Positions 62,967-64,000 of a stretch of 64,000 bases of DNA are shown here, piece by piece (positions within the stretch are counted from its first letter, which is position 1; every line of letters starts with the position of its first letter). A model generated the notes under the pieces. It saw only the letters and a program-made list of their open reading frames with translations. It was not told where the DNA came from and made no database searches. The stretch is from Eledone cirrhosa (Eukaryota): assembly GCA_964016885.1 (NCBI GenBank), contig OZ024747.1, forward strand, positions 19,468,001 to 19,532,000, given 5' to 3'. The position numbers and the translations under genes are program-made.

Positions 62967-63380
62967 TATGGAAAGTTATATTTAAAATTGTTGGGTTACA
63001 ACTAGTAAATATTTATAACTGATATAAAAGCACTCGACAAATATTTGGAGTATATTTACAATAATAAATAAATGGAAACTATATTTATAAAACCATATTT
63101 ATTTCATTATATATATTTCGGGGATATCATATTAACAATATGCTATGCCTTCCTCAGACAAAATACAATATAAACAGTTTTATAGATAAATAGATTCGCT
63201 GCCAGCGTAAACCTCTTCAAATGGAAGTCGGTGTTATAACGGTATGTCGAATCTATTTATCTATAAAACTGTTTATATTGTATTTTGTCTGAGGAAGGCA
63301 TAGCATATTGTTAATATGATATCCCCGAAATATATATAATGAAATAAATATGGTTTTATAAATATAGTTTCCATTTATTT
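62967..63380 (-). mobile_element. Foldback element, ~133-bp arms 63066-63198 / 63248-63380, tail 62967-63065
   Basis: Perfect inverted arms around a 49-nt loop; (TA)n flanks. Confidence 0.85.
63282..63345 (+). ncRNA. Type I hammerhead ribozyme (identical mirror copy 63101-63164, minus)
   Basis: Stem I attttgt/atgaaat with two G-U pairs, CUGAGGA, extended stem II with catatt/aatatg, GAAAU-AUAU-AUA. Confidence 0.8.
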
Positions 63381-63395
63381 AATATTGTATATACA

Positions 63396-63465
<70 letters not shown>

Positions 63466-63480
63466 CACATATATATATAC

Positions 63481-63566
<86 letters not shown>

Positions 63567-63574
63567 TTATTGAG

Positions 63575-64000
63575 ATAACTGATTAAAGTTTAAGCAAAGA
63601 ATCGCTGCTTTCACCCTTAACGGGATCTTCTGAAACTAAAAAAAATCAATCTGTGAACGCAGAAAGTAAATATTTCGAAAAACGTTGCAACCGAAGAAAG
63701 ACAGGAAGAAGATACTTTGGTTCCTGGAAACGTTCGCTGGCAAAGAACGGAAAAAAACGAAGATAATACGTTATTATTTGGAGAGGTGAACACAGTTATG
63801 CGCAAAGACAAAACCACGTTTATGGTATAAATGAAGTCGTAGACTAATATTCTATTAGATGGCTCGTGGAGACGTTCTCTGGCAATGAACGGAAAAAACG
63901 AAGATAACACGTCATTATGTGGAACGTTGAGAACAATTATACGCAAAGGTATAACTGAAGTCGTAGACTAAAATTCTATTTAGGAAACCGAATGATCCTC
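63575..64000 (-). mobile_element. Diverged copy of the PLE terminal-repeat family with an upstream ~140-bp tandem repeat
   Basis: 63581-63760 is the reverse complement of ~57511-57690; 63729-63859 is repeated at 63869-63983. Confidence 0.85.

Overview
AT-rich animal genomic DNA dominated by (TA)n, (CA)n, (GA)n and (ATCT)n microsatellites. The SINE content looks like an octopod cephalopod, but that is an inference from recalled sequences and was not checked. I found no host protein-coding gene; most ORF-track entries are microsatellite translations. Recognisable elements are: a 5'-truncated Tx1/L1-group LINE (6857-10190) with several 3' fragments; a CR1/L2-group LINE on the minus strand (27038-30480); a Penelope-like element (PLE) with an uninterrupted 709-aa RT + GIY-YIG ORF (39762-41891); R4/Dong-like fragments; two hAT-type non-autonomous elements with 8-bp TSDs; about 13 copies of one tRNA-type SINE; and RTE-like non-autonomous elements. 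The most striking signal is a dense, sequence-diverse set of short foldback (inverted-repeat) inserts inside (TA)n arrays. Many carry type I hammerhead ribozyme (HHR) motifs, often on both strands. Some cores are non-canonical: a U3-A8 swap in three unrelated families and a family-wide U4A. One mini-copy begins exactly at the predicted self-cleavage site. All structures were read by eye and coordinates may be off by a few bases.
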